Shown here: in pieces, positions 26,914 to 36,618 of the stretch
Layout of the letters: each line of letters opens with the position of its first letter
Position numbering within the stretch: position 1 is the stretch's first letter
Position numbers and translations under genes: made by a program
Notes under the pieces: generated by a model
Told to the model about the DNA's origin: nothing
Databases searched by the model: none
Seen by the model: only the letters and a program-made list of their open reading frames with translations
Origin: an uncultured Planctomycetota bacterium
Lineage (GTDB): Bacteria > Planctomycetota > Planctomycetia > Isosphaerales > Isosphaeraceae
NCBI GenBank assembly: GCA_963823665.1
Contig: CAWGMQ010000006.1
Span: 704,001 to 768,000, forward strand
Direction: 5' to 3'
Length of the DNA: 64,000 bases

Positions 26914-27621
26914 ACCTCCACCCCACGTGGGGGAGGTGCCGCCGCCGGCGGCGGTGGGGGCTCGCGCAGACGGATGATGTCGCCTTCGGCGGTCGGGCGT
27001 TCGCGCAGATCGCGCCCGGGTGAAGCCGAAAATCGCGCGAGCAACCCACCGGCCCACCCTCGTTCCGATGCTCCGCGTCGGAATGCACTCCCCGACGCTC
27101 TGCGTCGTCTAACCAGGAGCGGAGCGCCGCTGGCCAGATGTGCCCGGAACCCCCGCGACCGAATTCCAAAGTCGCCTTTCGCTCCGCGTGGGAGCCCTCG
27201 ACCCAGATCGTCGGGATATTGGTCGACGAGACCAGCCGCACGGTGCCAATGACAAATTGAGCGAGCCGCCCACGTACCTATTGCCGGAGACTTCCCCTTC
27301 GACGCTGGCACCGAACGAAGCCTTACCGATCTTTCCGCTGGAGCCCGTCATGTAAATCGTACGTTTCGCAGTTCAACGGGTCTTCGAGCCGGAGTGGTTC
27401 GTCCCCGGATCGCTCGATCGCTTGCCGAATCTCGGGCGTAATATTCATATCTGCCTCCCATTTTCTAAACTAACATCTCCGCCAACAACCGGCCAGGATT
27501 TGCGCATCGGATTCCCGGAACCCCCAGCGAAATCCCGATCGGACCGGATTTGACCAGTCGGTACGCTAGCTGAGATAATCGGCGCGCACGCGTCAGACGC
27601 GAAGGGCTTGTTGCGTCCACG

Positions 27622-28431
27622 GTGGCTTCGGCTCGAAGCCACCATTCCCTGTTCATCGGCTTGGAGCAGCAATTGTCGCCGGGACTGACCAAGGCGAATT
27701 CACTCGCACCCCACCAACCCGTCACGCCGCCTTGGCAGTGGCTTCTCCTTCTCTCCATCTTTGGTTTGATCTTCTGGATATACGCGCCAGAACAAGAGCG
27801 CCCGAATCCGCCGCCTGCACCGACGTTCCGAAGTTGGCTGTTCCCCGCGGTTGGCGCGCTCGTCGTCGGGATTCTCGCGTTTGCCATTTGGTTCTTCCGC
27901 ACGTTCGATTCAGGCGTTCATCGCGCCAACAAGCGTGCCCTGGCCGGGGATCTCGATGGGGCGATTGCAGACCTGCGCGAACAAATTGAAGACAAAGGGC
28001 CAACGCAGGTCCGTGCCAACGCGCTTGGCCTCCTCTTGCTGCAACGCGAGTGCTGGGCTGAAGCCGCCGCCTTGTTTCGCAAGGCGACGGAGCTCGGGGG
28101 ATCCAAGGCGATGTGCCAGGCAAATCTCGGCTTCGCGTTGCTGAAAGGCGGTAACCCCGCGGAAGCCCTTCCGGTCCTCAAGGAGGCCTTATACACTGCC
28201 CCGCCAACTCCGTTGATCTCCTGCGTCGTTTCTCTCCATACCTGCCTCGCACTGGCCGAACTGGGCCGTTGGGACGAAGCCCATGAGCAATTCCGGATCG
28301 CCGAAGAGGCCGCCGGTGGACTGAGCAAAGCGCAGAGCGCCGCGCTCGCCAAGAAGTTCGCGCAATGCCGCCAGGAGTTGGAGCAGCATCTTCGAGACAA
28401 ACCGAAGCCCGAGGGGCTCGCAGAGCTCTAG
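27622..28431 (+). CDS. membrane-anchored TPR protein (start uncertain)
   Basis: Two TM helices then TPR-like helices (ANALGLL..AAALFRKA; ANLGFALL..EALPVL; CLALAELGRWDEA). Confidence 0.7.
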   Translation: MASARSHHSLFIGLEQQLSPGLTKANSLAPHQPVTPPWQWLLLLSIFGLIFWIYAPEQERPNPPPAPTFRSWLFPAVGALVVGILAFAIWFFRTFDSGVHRANKRALAGDLDGAIADLREQIEDKGPTQVRANALGLLLLQRECWAEAAALFRKATELGGSKAMCQANLGFALLKGGNPAEALPVLKEALYTAPPTPLISCVVSLHTCLALAELGRWDEAHEQFRIAEEAAGGLSKAQSAALAKKFAQCRQELEQHLRDKPKPEGLAEL

Positions 28432-28695
28432 AAAAGTCGCGATTCGGACAACGACACACATGTTTCTTGGCTTGAGTTCCCCTGCTTTATACGCTGGCTT
28501 ATTTCGGGGGGCCGTCAGTAGCGATCTGTCCGAGGCAGCGCGGCATTTCTGGCGGAAAGGCCCAGCTGGAATCTGTCGAATAGCCCGGAGGGTTCGGTAC
28601 TCGGCTCCCCTTCGGCAGCCGAAAACTAACCGATGTCGCGAGGATTCCACGCGTCTTCGGCCGCGCGGACCGTCGCTGAACGGTACATTTTAGCA

Positions 28696-31600
28696 CTAAG
28701 ACCACATATCGGTAAACTTATCCAATATGAGAAAATTTATACATCCAGATCTATCACCTACGGCGACTTCCAAACGATAGGGTGACACGCGTACGGCAAT
28801 GATTGGAGTATCTGCTGTGAAGACCGACAGCAGCTTTCCCTGGACTAAGCTCCAAGCTCGGAGAGTGCCATCGTCATGTGCCGAGACAGCGAGGCAGCCG
28901 TCAGGGCTGAGAGCCAATGCGCTGGCCCAGGGGAGGGGATGCTCGTTGTGCTGAATCCGTGTGATAGTAGAATCGTCCCAGACGCAGAGACTTCCATCCG
29001 TCGACACTGAGACGATGCGCCTACCGTCCCTTGCGGCTGCCACGGAGCACACTGGACCTCCGTGGCCTTCCAGCGCACGAATTGGATTGCCAGTCATAGC
29101 GTCCCAAAGGCGCACCGTCCGGTCTTCAGAGGCCGACACGACCATGTGACCGTCGTCTGTCAGTGTGACGTCATGAACCGGGCCAGAATGACCACTCAAC
29201 ACACCTATCTCAGTGCCACCCACAAGGTCGATAATTCGCATATCATTCTCATCTGACGCTGACACAACCATGCGGGCGTCATGACTTAGTGCCACTGCGC
29301 GCGTCGGACGGTGAAGGCAATCCACCACGTTAATCGTCTGCTGGTAAGCCAATTCCCAGAGGCGAATTGTCTTATCGTCCGATACGGAAACAGCGCGGCG
29401 TCCGCTCGGGGTGACTGCCACGCCCCGAACTGGACCTTCGTGGCCCCTCAGCGCGACGGGGGCATCGACGCCTGACGGGTCCCAAACCCTCAAACTCCCA
29501 TCGTCAGAAGCCGACACAGCTCGGTGGCAGTCGGGAGTGAGGGCCAGCGCATTAACCCAAACAGCGCGACCTCCCAGAAGTCGTGTCGTCGCATTAGTCG
29601 CGGGATCCCAAAATCGCAAGCCGCCGTGGCCACCAGTCTGGGAGACGGCGATGCGACCATCAGGTGTTATAGCGACTGCACGGGCTGCGCTGCTGTGCAC
29701 CAGAATGCGGATCCTGGCCCCGGTCGCCAAGTCCCAGACGCGTATCGTCCCATCTAAAGATGCTGATACCGCGCAACGGCTGTCGAGGCTGACGGATACA
29801 TCACAGACCGGACCCTCATGACGCCCGAGTTCTCGAGCGGATGACCCTGTCCTCAGATCGCAGACAAGCACGGTTCCGTCTTCGTTTGCCGAGATGGCGT
29901 TGCGGCCGTCCGGTGTAAGTGCCAAGGGACACTCCCAAGGCCCAATACCATTCATTACTCGGATCACATGGCCAGCCCATAAGTCCCAAACGCGCAAAGT
30001 GCCGTCGCTGCATGTACCGACGATCATGCGACCGTCTAAACCGATGGCCACTGCTTTACAGCGGCACGACTTGATGTCAAATGTGCAGTGTCGAGTGCCG
30101 GCACTCAAGTCCCAGACATGGACCTTTCCGCAGGCATGTCCCGTGGCAGCGAACTGACCATTGGGAGATACGGCTAATACATCGATCGGGTCGTCGACGC
30201 TCTGAATAGCTTGTGTCACTTTCTGGGCCGCTACGTCCCACACGAGCAGTCCACCAAAGCGCAGTCCACCATGGTGTAAATGGCCTAAGGGCGCGATAAT
30301 GAGCCTGCCGTCGGGGGTGATCTTAGCCGAGGACACGTCGAGACGGTGAGTCGCCAGAATGCAATCCGATGTGCCAGACCTCAGATTCCAGATATGCACC
30401 CCGTGTAAATCACAGCACGAGACTGCGGTACAGCCGTCGGCGGCGACTGCCAAGCCACGCATATCGCACTTGTGACGTGCCAGCGTGCAGTTCGCGGGGT
30501 CGTTCGTGAGGTCCCACACCTTGATCGTTCTGTCAACTGACGCCAAGACCGCAAACCGACCGCCAGGCGCTAAGACAAGCCCCTCGACTCCGGCGGAGAC
30601 CGCCAGAGCCGGAGAGTGGGCGGCCGCAACATTGGCCGCGTCCCAGACGAGCAAAGTCCCGTGATACGATCCGCTTACTGCCAGCCGGCCGTCGGGAGTG
30701 ACAGCCACCGCGTCGGTCTCGAAGCTGCTGGCGATCAACTCGCGAGTAGTGGCGCCGCTTCTGAGATCCCAAACGCGTATGATATTGTTGCGTGACGCTA
30801 AGACAGCCAGACTGCCATCGGGCGTGACCGCCACGCCGCAAACTGGGTTCAAGTGATTCGGCAGCACTCGGAGGGCCGCCCCTGTCGCGAGTTCCCATAT
30901 TCGCACAGTCCCGTCATCGGAGCCCGAGACGGCTAGCCGGCCGTCGGGGGTGATCGCCACGGCGCGAACCGGGCCGGAGTGGCCCTCCAGCGTGCTAGCC
31001 GGGGAGTCGTGCATAAGGTCCCAGACGCTCAAGGTGCCGTCACTGGAGGCCGAGACGGCCAAGCGGCCGTCTGGAGTTATAGAGACTGCGTTAATCTGAA
31101 CGCCAACAGACTCAATCACCCGGAGGGCCGCCGCTGTCGCGAGTTCCCATATTCGCACAGTCCCGTCGTCGGAGGCCGAGACGGCCAGCCGGCCGTCGGG
31201 GGTGATCGCCACGGCGCGAACCGGGCCGGAGTGGCCCTCCAGCGTGCTAGTCGAGGAGTCGTGCATAAGGTCCCAGACGCTCAGGGTGCCGTCACTGGAG
31301 GCCGAGACGGCCAGGCGGCCGTCTGGAGCGATGGCAAGCGTATGGATTGGGCCGGTGCGACCCTCAAGCCGGCGCAATAATGCTCCGCCCGGTGGAAGCA
31401 AAGCGTTTGTCCGGCACCGAAACCAGGGACGACCATCCGATTCAGCAATCCGCGCCAGAAAGGCTTGGCCAACTTTCGAACTGACGGGGAGTAATCGGCC
31501 GTACAGCTGACTTTGGAATTGGAACGCATCTCGTGCTACAACGTGAGCTGAGAGCCGAATTGCCCCTTGTGTCATGCGGAGAGCGGAATCTTCTGGGAAG

Positions 31601-33606
31601 CGATCATAGTCTCTCAGTACGGAGTTAATCTCGGTGGCGGAGAGCTTTGACCGAATCCAGTCATAGTCGAGCAGCAGCTTCTTTAATCGATCGGACTGAC
31701 CTGCGGCGACGAGATGGTAAGCCAAATAATCCCAGGCGTAGGCGTCGCGAAGATGGCAGGGATCTCCCCAGGTGCCGACGAGCCGAGCGTGAAGAATGGC
31801 GGGGTCGACGGATCGCTGAAGCAATTGCTCCGAAACGAAGGATCGCATCACGTCATGCAGTTGGATATTCAGTGATCGCAGGTCGCACTTGACGAGTGAG
31901 AGATCGGCGAAGTGGAGGGCAGTATGCGTGGTCTCAAACTCATCCAACCCCCATAGATCGCCCGCGGCCGATAATGGGACGTCGACATCCTCGGGGAATA
32001 TAGCCAGCTCGTGGAAGCGGCGGCGATCGTCTGAGTCCAACAAGTCAGTGCTGATCTCGATCGTGCGGTTCATGGACTGATGACGGTCGGACGGGTTGGC
32101 TCGGTCGAGCGAAAATACACCCTTCTTATCCAGAGCACCATTGATGTAGTTGAGGGCCCCCTGCACGGTATCGCCGAAAGTCATGCGGAGCCGAAGCGCT
32201 GAGCCGGCCAGGTCCAGCAACAACGGCCACTTGCCTAACCGGTTGGCAAGCGCGTGGAACGCACCGAGGTCCGCGCCGGGCTGATCCAGCCGATTGGTGA
32301 GCATCGCAGCCGACTCGTCGAGCGACATCGTGTCGACGTCCACCCGATGGGCGTTCGCTGCGACCGTCATCCGACGCGTCGTGACCAACCGAGCGCTTTT
32401 CCTGCCTCCGCGCAGGAATGGGCGCAGATGGGTTACTTCCCAGACGTCGTCGAGTACGATCAAACAGGTCCGGTTCTCAAGCTCTGCGGCTAACTGCCCC
32501 GACGCGTCCTCGATGTCGATGAATGCCGGGCGATCGCCGGTTAACGCGGCGTATAACTTCAACAGTCCGCCGAGCACGTCAGGCTTCTGGCCGAGCGTGA
32601 TCCAAAGGACTCCGTCGCCAAATGCGGCCCGCACCTCTTGGTCGTGGCACAGGGCGGCCGCCAGGGTTGTCTTCCCCAGCCCACCGGCGCCGCGCAGCGC
32701 GGTCGTAATGGCGACCGGCTCCTCGCGGTCGCAAGCCAACAGGAGATCGCGGAGTCGGCGGTACTCAACGTGCCGCGCGACGAGGGCGGCGGGCAGTTCG
32801 GGGGCCATGAATGGAACACCAACCTGCGAACGGGCAAAATCGTCAGAGATCCAGTTCGCCCGGACCTTCTCCACCATCGCAACTCGGTTCCGTTCGGCGC
32901 CCGCACCGGGCCTCCGAGATGGGGCGGTCGAGGGACCGACCAGCACGACCTTTGCGGCGTCTACAGAGCCCTTGCGGCAGTACAACCGAGGCTGCTGATC
33001 CTCTGGGACTTGAAGGTTCATAAGCGAATTCTTGCCCAGATCGAAAGCCTCCTGGATACTGCGGCCGAAGCCCAAGCCCCGGTAGAAACTAGCGGTGAAC
33101 GCAATCGCCGCCCCGTCGGTGATTGACCCCCTCATGCCGATCGTGAAAGGAATCATCTCGGCGAGGGCCTCTGCAATCGACTCGGAGTGGCACGCGCTGA
33201 GGAACACGAGTTGGAGGTTGTCTTTGAGCACGCCGAGAAGGTGGAACAAAGCCGCCTCGCTCAGCGGTTGGGGCTGTCCACCTTCACACACCAGAATCAG
33301 TTGCGCGACTTGGTCCTTGCCGCTGACGATCATGTCTCGCCCAGAAATCGAGGTGCTCGGCGGCGCGGCTGTGGTCGGCTCGCACCGAGTGCCATGGCCG
33401 CTGAAGTGCAAAATGTGAGGGTTGTGCTGCAGCAACAATTGCTGCAGATCGTCGGGCCGTACAGCCCAGGCAGAGATAATCTCCATGGCGTCACGAAAGT
33501 CGGCCGAGCGGACCTGGGCGGTGATCGCTCGGACTTCCTCGTCCAGTGCCAAGCGGGTTTGCTCTAGAGGGTTGGACGCCAAGAAGAGAACTTTGATATT
33601 TGTCAT
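28696..33606 (-). CDS. Apaf-1-like STAND protein: CHAT (caspase-like) domain + NB-ARC + helical domain + about 21 WD40 repeats
   Basis: KVLFLASNP..HFSGHG..FLSACHS (CHAT His/Cys); GAGGLGKT, LIVLDDVW, LVTTR, KWPLLL, QLHD; YAWDYLAYHL; about 21 WD-ending blades. Confidence 0.9.
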   Translation of the reverse strand: MTNIKVLFLASNPLEQTRLALDEEVRAITAQVRSADFRDAMEIISAWAVRPDDLQQLLLQHNPHILHFSGHGTRCEPTTAAPPSTSISGRDMIVSGKDQVAQLILVCEGGQPQPLSEAALFHLLGVLKDNLQLVFLSACHSESIAEALAEMIPFTIGMRGSITDGAAIAFTASFYRGLGFGRSIQEAFDLGKNSLMNLQVPEDQQPRLYCRKGSVDAAKVVLVGPSTAPSRRPGAGAERNRVAMVEKVRANWISDDFARSQVGVPFMAPELPAALVARHVEYRRLRDLLLACDREEPVAITTALRGAGGLGKTTLAAALCHDQEVRAAFGDGVLWITLGQKPDVLGGLLKLYAALTGDRPAFIDIEDASGQLAAELENRTCLIVLDDVWEVTHLRPFLRGGRKSARLVTTRRMTVAANAHRVDVDTMSLDESAAMLTNRLDQPGADLGAFHALANRLGKWPLLLDLAGSALRLRMTFGDTVQGALNYINGALDKKGVFSLDRANPSDRHQSMNRTIEISTDLLDSDDRRRFHELAIFPEDVDVPLSAAGDLWGLDEFETTHTALHFADLSLVKCDLRSLNIQLHDVMRSFVSEQLLQRSVDPAILHARLVGTWGDPCHLRDAYAWDYLAYHLVAAGQSDRLKKLLLDYDWIRSKLSATEINSVLRDYDRFPEDSALRMTQGAIRLSAHVVARDAFQFQSQLYGRLLPVSSKVGQAFLARIAESDGRPWFRCRTNALLPPGGALLRRLEGRTGPIHTLAIAPDGRLAVSASSDGTLSVWDLMHDSSTSTLEGHSGPVRAVAITPDGRLAVSASDDGTVRIWELATAAALRVIESVGVQINAVSITPDGRLAVSASSDGTLSVWDLMHDSPASTLEGHSGPVRAVAITPDGRLAVSGSDDGTVRIWELATGAALRVLPNHLNPVCGVAVTPDGSLAVLASRNNIIRVWDLRSGATTRELIASSFETDAVAVTPDGRLAVSGSYHGTLLVWDAANVAAAHSPALAVSAGVEGLVLAPGGRFAVLASVDRTIKVWDLTNDPANCTLARHKCDMRGLAVAADGCTAVSCCDLHGVHIWNLRSGTSDCILATHRLDVSSAKITPDGRLIIAPLGHLHHGGLRFGGLLVWDVAAQKVTQAIQSVDDPIDVLAVSPNGQFAATGHACGKVHVWDLSAGTRHCTFDIKSCRCKAVAIGLDGRMIVGTCSDGTLRVWDLWAGHVIRVMNGIGPWECPLALTPDGRNAISANEDGTVLVCDLRTGSSARELGRHEGPVCDVSVSLDSRCAVSASLDGTIRVWDLATGARIRILVHSSAARAVAITPDGRIAVSQTGGHGGLRFWDPATNATTRLLGGRAVWVNALALTPDCHRAVSASDDGSLRVWDPSGVDAPVALRGHEGPVRGVAVTPSGRRAVSVSDDKTIRLWELAYQQTINVVDCLHRPTRAVALSHDARMVVSASDENDMRIIDLVGGTEIGVLSGHSGPVHDVTLTDDGHMVVSASEDRTVRLWDAMTGNPIRALEGHGGPVCSVAAARDGRRIVSVSTDGSLCVWDDSTITRIQHNEHPLPWASALALSPDGCLAVSAHDDGTLRAWSLVQGKLLSVFTADTPIIAVRVSPYRLEVAVGDRSGCINFLILDKFTDMWS
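30882..31328 (-). repeat. recent intragenic duplication of a WD40 blade pair (252-bp period)
   Basis: 30882-31076 is nearly identical to 31134-31328 at nucleotide level. Confidence 0.85.
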
Positions 33607-33914
33607 CGCAGGTCGCTCTCGATGTTCATCGAGTTGCCCGGCGGACACTCCCGCGCCGACCCAGCCGGATTTGATTCAGTTTGACGGTGCGGACAAGCCG
33701 TTGGAAGATCTCGGTCCCCTCTTGCCTCCGCGCGGGTCGTTGCTCCTGGCTTGCCGCACCAATGTCCCAGACGGGAACCCGTCGGCAGCGAACGCCCTAA
33801 TCGGATCAGGATCACGAAGCCGATGTGGAATTGATAGGTCAATGGGGCGGCGCGCATGACGTCCAGATTTGAGCGTACTCACGCCTGACCGCGTGCAATT
33901 GATCGCCACTCCCC

Positions 33915-33950
33915 TCCAGGGGGTCAGACCTCCAGGAGGTCAGACCTATT
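33915..33950 (+). repeat. tandem 16-bp REP-like unit TCCAGG(G/A)GGTCAGACC followed by TATT
   Basis: Two tandem copies; third copy at 36181-36200. Confidence 0.75.
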
Positions 33951-34127
33951 TTCAAGTTAATTCCCTTCAATCCAGCGGATCGAGCCTCCTGGACGTCAGG
34001 CCAATTCGTAGCCCCGCAAAGGAGTGGTGCTTCTCGCAATTTGCCAAAACGCCGACGACTTCCCTGAACCGATCGTTCGCACCGGCCCGTTTATGGCTTA
34101 CTTGCTGCACTTGCAACAAACGACGAG

Positions 34128-34202
34128 TTAAGAGGATCGCGCGAACCTGATGATGACGATTGTTTCGCGCGACTCGTGAATTCGGTAGAACTCGCTTATC
34201 AC
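34128..34202 (-). pseudogene. internally deleted RelE/ParE-like toxin remnant (24 aa)
   Basis: GTGA start/stop overlap with upstream gene; MISEFYRIHESRETIVIIRFARSS resembles the last beta strands of RelE/ParE. Confidence 0.4.
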
Positions 34203-34525
34203 CGGATGAACGGCTTCACCCCACCAACCTCGCCCGCTTTCATTCGATCGAGAATCTCGCGCGTACCCCGTCCCGCCGACCGGTCCATCCGTTTCGCACG
34301 CTCGATCATCACAGCTTTATCCTCTTCCGAGGGAGGCGTCACTTTTCGCAGGTATTCAACAACTGCTCCGTCATCAGGACACCGGACAGGAATCGGCCCC
34401 GACGACTGCTCGCCCGCAAGCTTGTCAGTCGCCAGGCGCCAGAGCAAGTACTCGCGCTTCTCGGCGGACAGCGTCTCAAGCAGACTGTCCGTTTCTTCTC
34501 GGAGCGACCTGGTCGAATCCGGCAT
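34199..34525 (-). CDS. hypothetical protein, putative antitoxin
   Basis: AGGAG RBS; 108-aa charged protein translationally coupled to a toxin-like remnant. Confidence 0.55.
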   Translation of the reverse strand: MPDSTRSLREETDSLLETLSAEKREYLLWRLATDKLAGEQSSGPIPVRCPDDGAVVEYLRKVTPPSEEDKAVMIERAKRMDRSAGRGTREILDRMKAGEVGGVKPFIR

Positions 34526-35013
34526 GTCATGTCTCCTGACTCAACCCCGCTCGAACGGCTTCCCAAAACCATCGCCCGCGGCGATGTGCCCGATCGCGGA
34601 ATCCTTCTGAAATTGTGAGCAAACGACGAGGCGGTCGCAAACTCAGAGGCGCTGGCAATCAACGTGGCGTCGAGCCCGGGGGACACCATTCCCGTGCGGT
34701 GTGCAAACATGATCCTCGACGATAGAAAGACCGAGTCGGTGCGACATGGAAGATTTGGAGAATATCCGCCGCAATATGTAACCGAGAAGAGTGGACACGC
34801 CTCATCACCACTGGGGAGCGTAATGGATTGCGCTCAATTATCCTACGCGCCGTGCTTTCAGGAGTTGCAAAGCCAACGATCAAGGTCGTGCGCTAACCCA
34901 GTTCACCGTAACGTTCTTCCATTTGAAGGGTCGCGAAATCTTCAGCGAGCCGATGGGAAACGGAATCGCGGTAGACCCCTCTCTATGTCTTACACAGTCT
35001 TTACACCAAGGAG

Positions 35014-35796
35014 ATGGTGTCCACAGGCGCACCGGGGATCACCACGGGCCCGACGGACTTCCTGGTCGGTACTTCCAAGGCCGCGTTCATCTTCGCCAAT
35101 CTCGACGGCTCGATCTCAGGTTGGAACGGGAGCGCTAGCTCGACGATCGAGGCGACCGTCCCCGGTGCCTCATTCACCGGGCTGGCGATCGGGAACACCT
35201 CCGGAGGTGCCCCCCAGATCTACGCCGCCGACCAGAACAGCGGCAAGATCGACATCTTCAATAGCAACTGGCAAATGACAGGAACCATTTCGGACCCGCA
35301 TTTTGCGAAGTTCCCCGCCGGCTATGCCGTATTCAACGTCCAAAACCTCAGCGTCAACGGGAAACAGACCATCTTCGTCACATACGCGAATCAGTCGACC
35401 CGGGGCGGCATCGTGGATGAATTCAGCACCAACGGCACGTTCATCAAGACGCTGATCTTCGACCCGAGAGGGATCCATCTGGACGCTCCCTGGGGGCTCA
35501 CCGTCGCGCCTGCGGGTTGGGGCCGGTTTGGCGGCGACCTTCTCGTCGGCAACAACAACCCAAACTCCGCCGGCCTCACGGAGATCAATGCCTATAATCT
35601 GAAGACCCGAGCGTTTGCCGGCACGTTGAAGCTCAATCACCATCAGCGTTTTTCCGAAACCGAACTTTGGGCAATAAGCTTCGGCAACGGGGCGGGCGCA
35701 GGTTCGACCGACACGCTCTTTTTCACCGCCGGGCTGCCCAACAACACGGACGGCCTCTTCGGGGCGATCTCGGTCGTGACTCCGCCCCCTGGCTGA
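35014..35796 (+). CDS. TIGR03118-family beta-propeller protein, apparently N-terminally truncated, no PEP-CTERM tail
   Basis: FIFANLDGSISGWN, TGLAIG, GYAVFNVQN, LDAPWGL, FGGDLLVGN, LWAISFGNG, LFFTAG, GLFG; signal peptide and first NPWG blade absent. Confidence 0.7.
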   Translation: MVSTGAPGITTGPTDFLVGTSKAAFIFANLDGSISGWNGSASSTIEATVPGASFTGLAIGNTSGGAPQIYAADQNSGKIDIFNSNWQMTGTISDPHFAKFPAGYAVFNVQNLSVNGKQTIFVTYANQSTRGGIVDEFSTNGTFIKTLIFDPRGIHLDAPWGLTVAPAGWGRFGGDLLVGNNNPNSAGLTEINAYNLKTRAFAGTLKLNHHQRFSETELWAISFGNGAGAGSTDTLFFTAGLPNNTDGLFGAISVVTPPPG

Positions 35797-36200
35797 ACTC
35801 GGCCGTAGAGATCGTTGGCCCAGGGGGGTTGGCCTGAGACTCGACGACAGTCTCGACGTCGCCGCAACGGGCAGCTACGAGCTTTTCGCCGTCAAGCACG
35901 CGAGCAAGTCGCATTCGGATAACGGTACGGGTGCCCTGATCTGCCAGGGTCAGGCACCCCTCCACCGGCCGATCGGCGCGGCGCTGGCACGCAACGGCGA
36001 TTTGCCGATAACCAACGGCGACGCGGTCAACGTTAATGCGAACCAACCGAGTGACCTGATCGAGTGTTCGCCCGACCGTCAGTTCTTGGGCGGACTCCCC
36101 CCTGAAGGCTGAAGGCTAGGACACGCATTGCGATATTGACAAGAATCTCCGGTCCGGCTACATCGCGACCACTAACAACGTCCAGGGGGTCAGACCTATT

Positions 36201-36490
36201 ATGCGCCGCGTAGAAGGTGTTGGTCTTCAGTGGGTGCAATTCCCACCCGACAACGTGGTCGCTCGAGCCGGTAGCTATCGAAGCGACGAGGGAAGGAAAC
36301 GAAACCCAGCCTTCGAGACAGACGGGTCGATTGGCGACTCGGCGAACCGACAGGCCGTAATAACCAGTAAACGTTGAGCAGGCCTCGAAACGACCAATGT
36401 GGACGCCGACCTTGCATTAGGATGGGGAAGGCCGTTGCCGCTCGGTACAGGGAAACGGCTGGAATAGGCCGGGATCGCGGGATCGGCGGA
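36201..36490 (+). mobile_element. group II intron 5' fragment (domain I only, no RT/maturase ORF, no D5/D6)
   Basis: ATGCGCCGCGTAGAAGGTGTTGGTCTTCAGTGGGTGCAATTCCCACCCG...CAGGCCGTAA...GCCTCGAAA...GCCGACC..GGGGAAGGCCG; EBS1-like AATAGG (36463-36468) complementary to exon CCTATT (36195-36200). Confidence 0.8.
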
Positions 36491-36618
36491 CACCGAACTC
36501 AACTTCATGCCGTTCCCATCAATCCGGGTTCCCGCTCAACGACATCCACGATTCACGGCCGAGAATCAGGGACGGCGACCCCGGAATCCATCCGGTCCAG
36601 GTAAGGCTGGGCACCGAA

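Noticed and set aside
26920..27360. Short ORFs between mgtC and the TPR gene
   Set aside because: No recognisable motifs; overlapping GC-rich frames and palindromic repeat-like sequence
28440..28690. Possible att site or tRNA fragment at the end of the NB-ARC gene
   Set aside because: No cloverleaf, no matching second copy and no recombinase in the window
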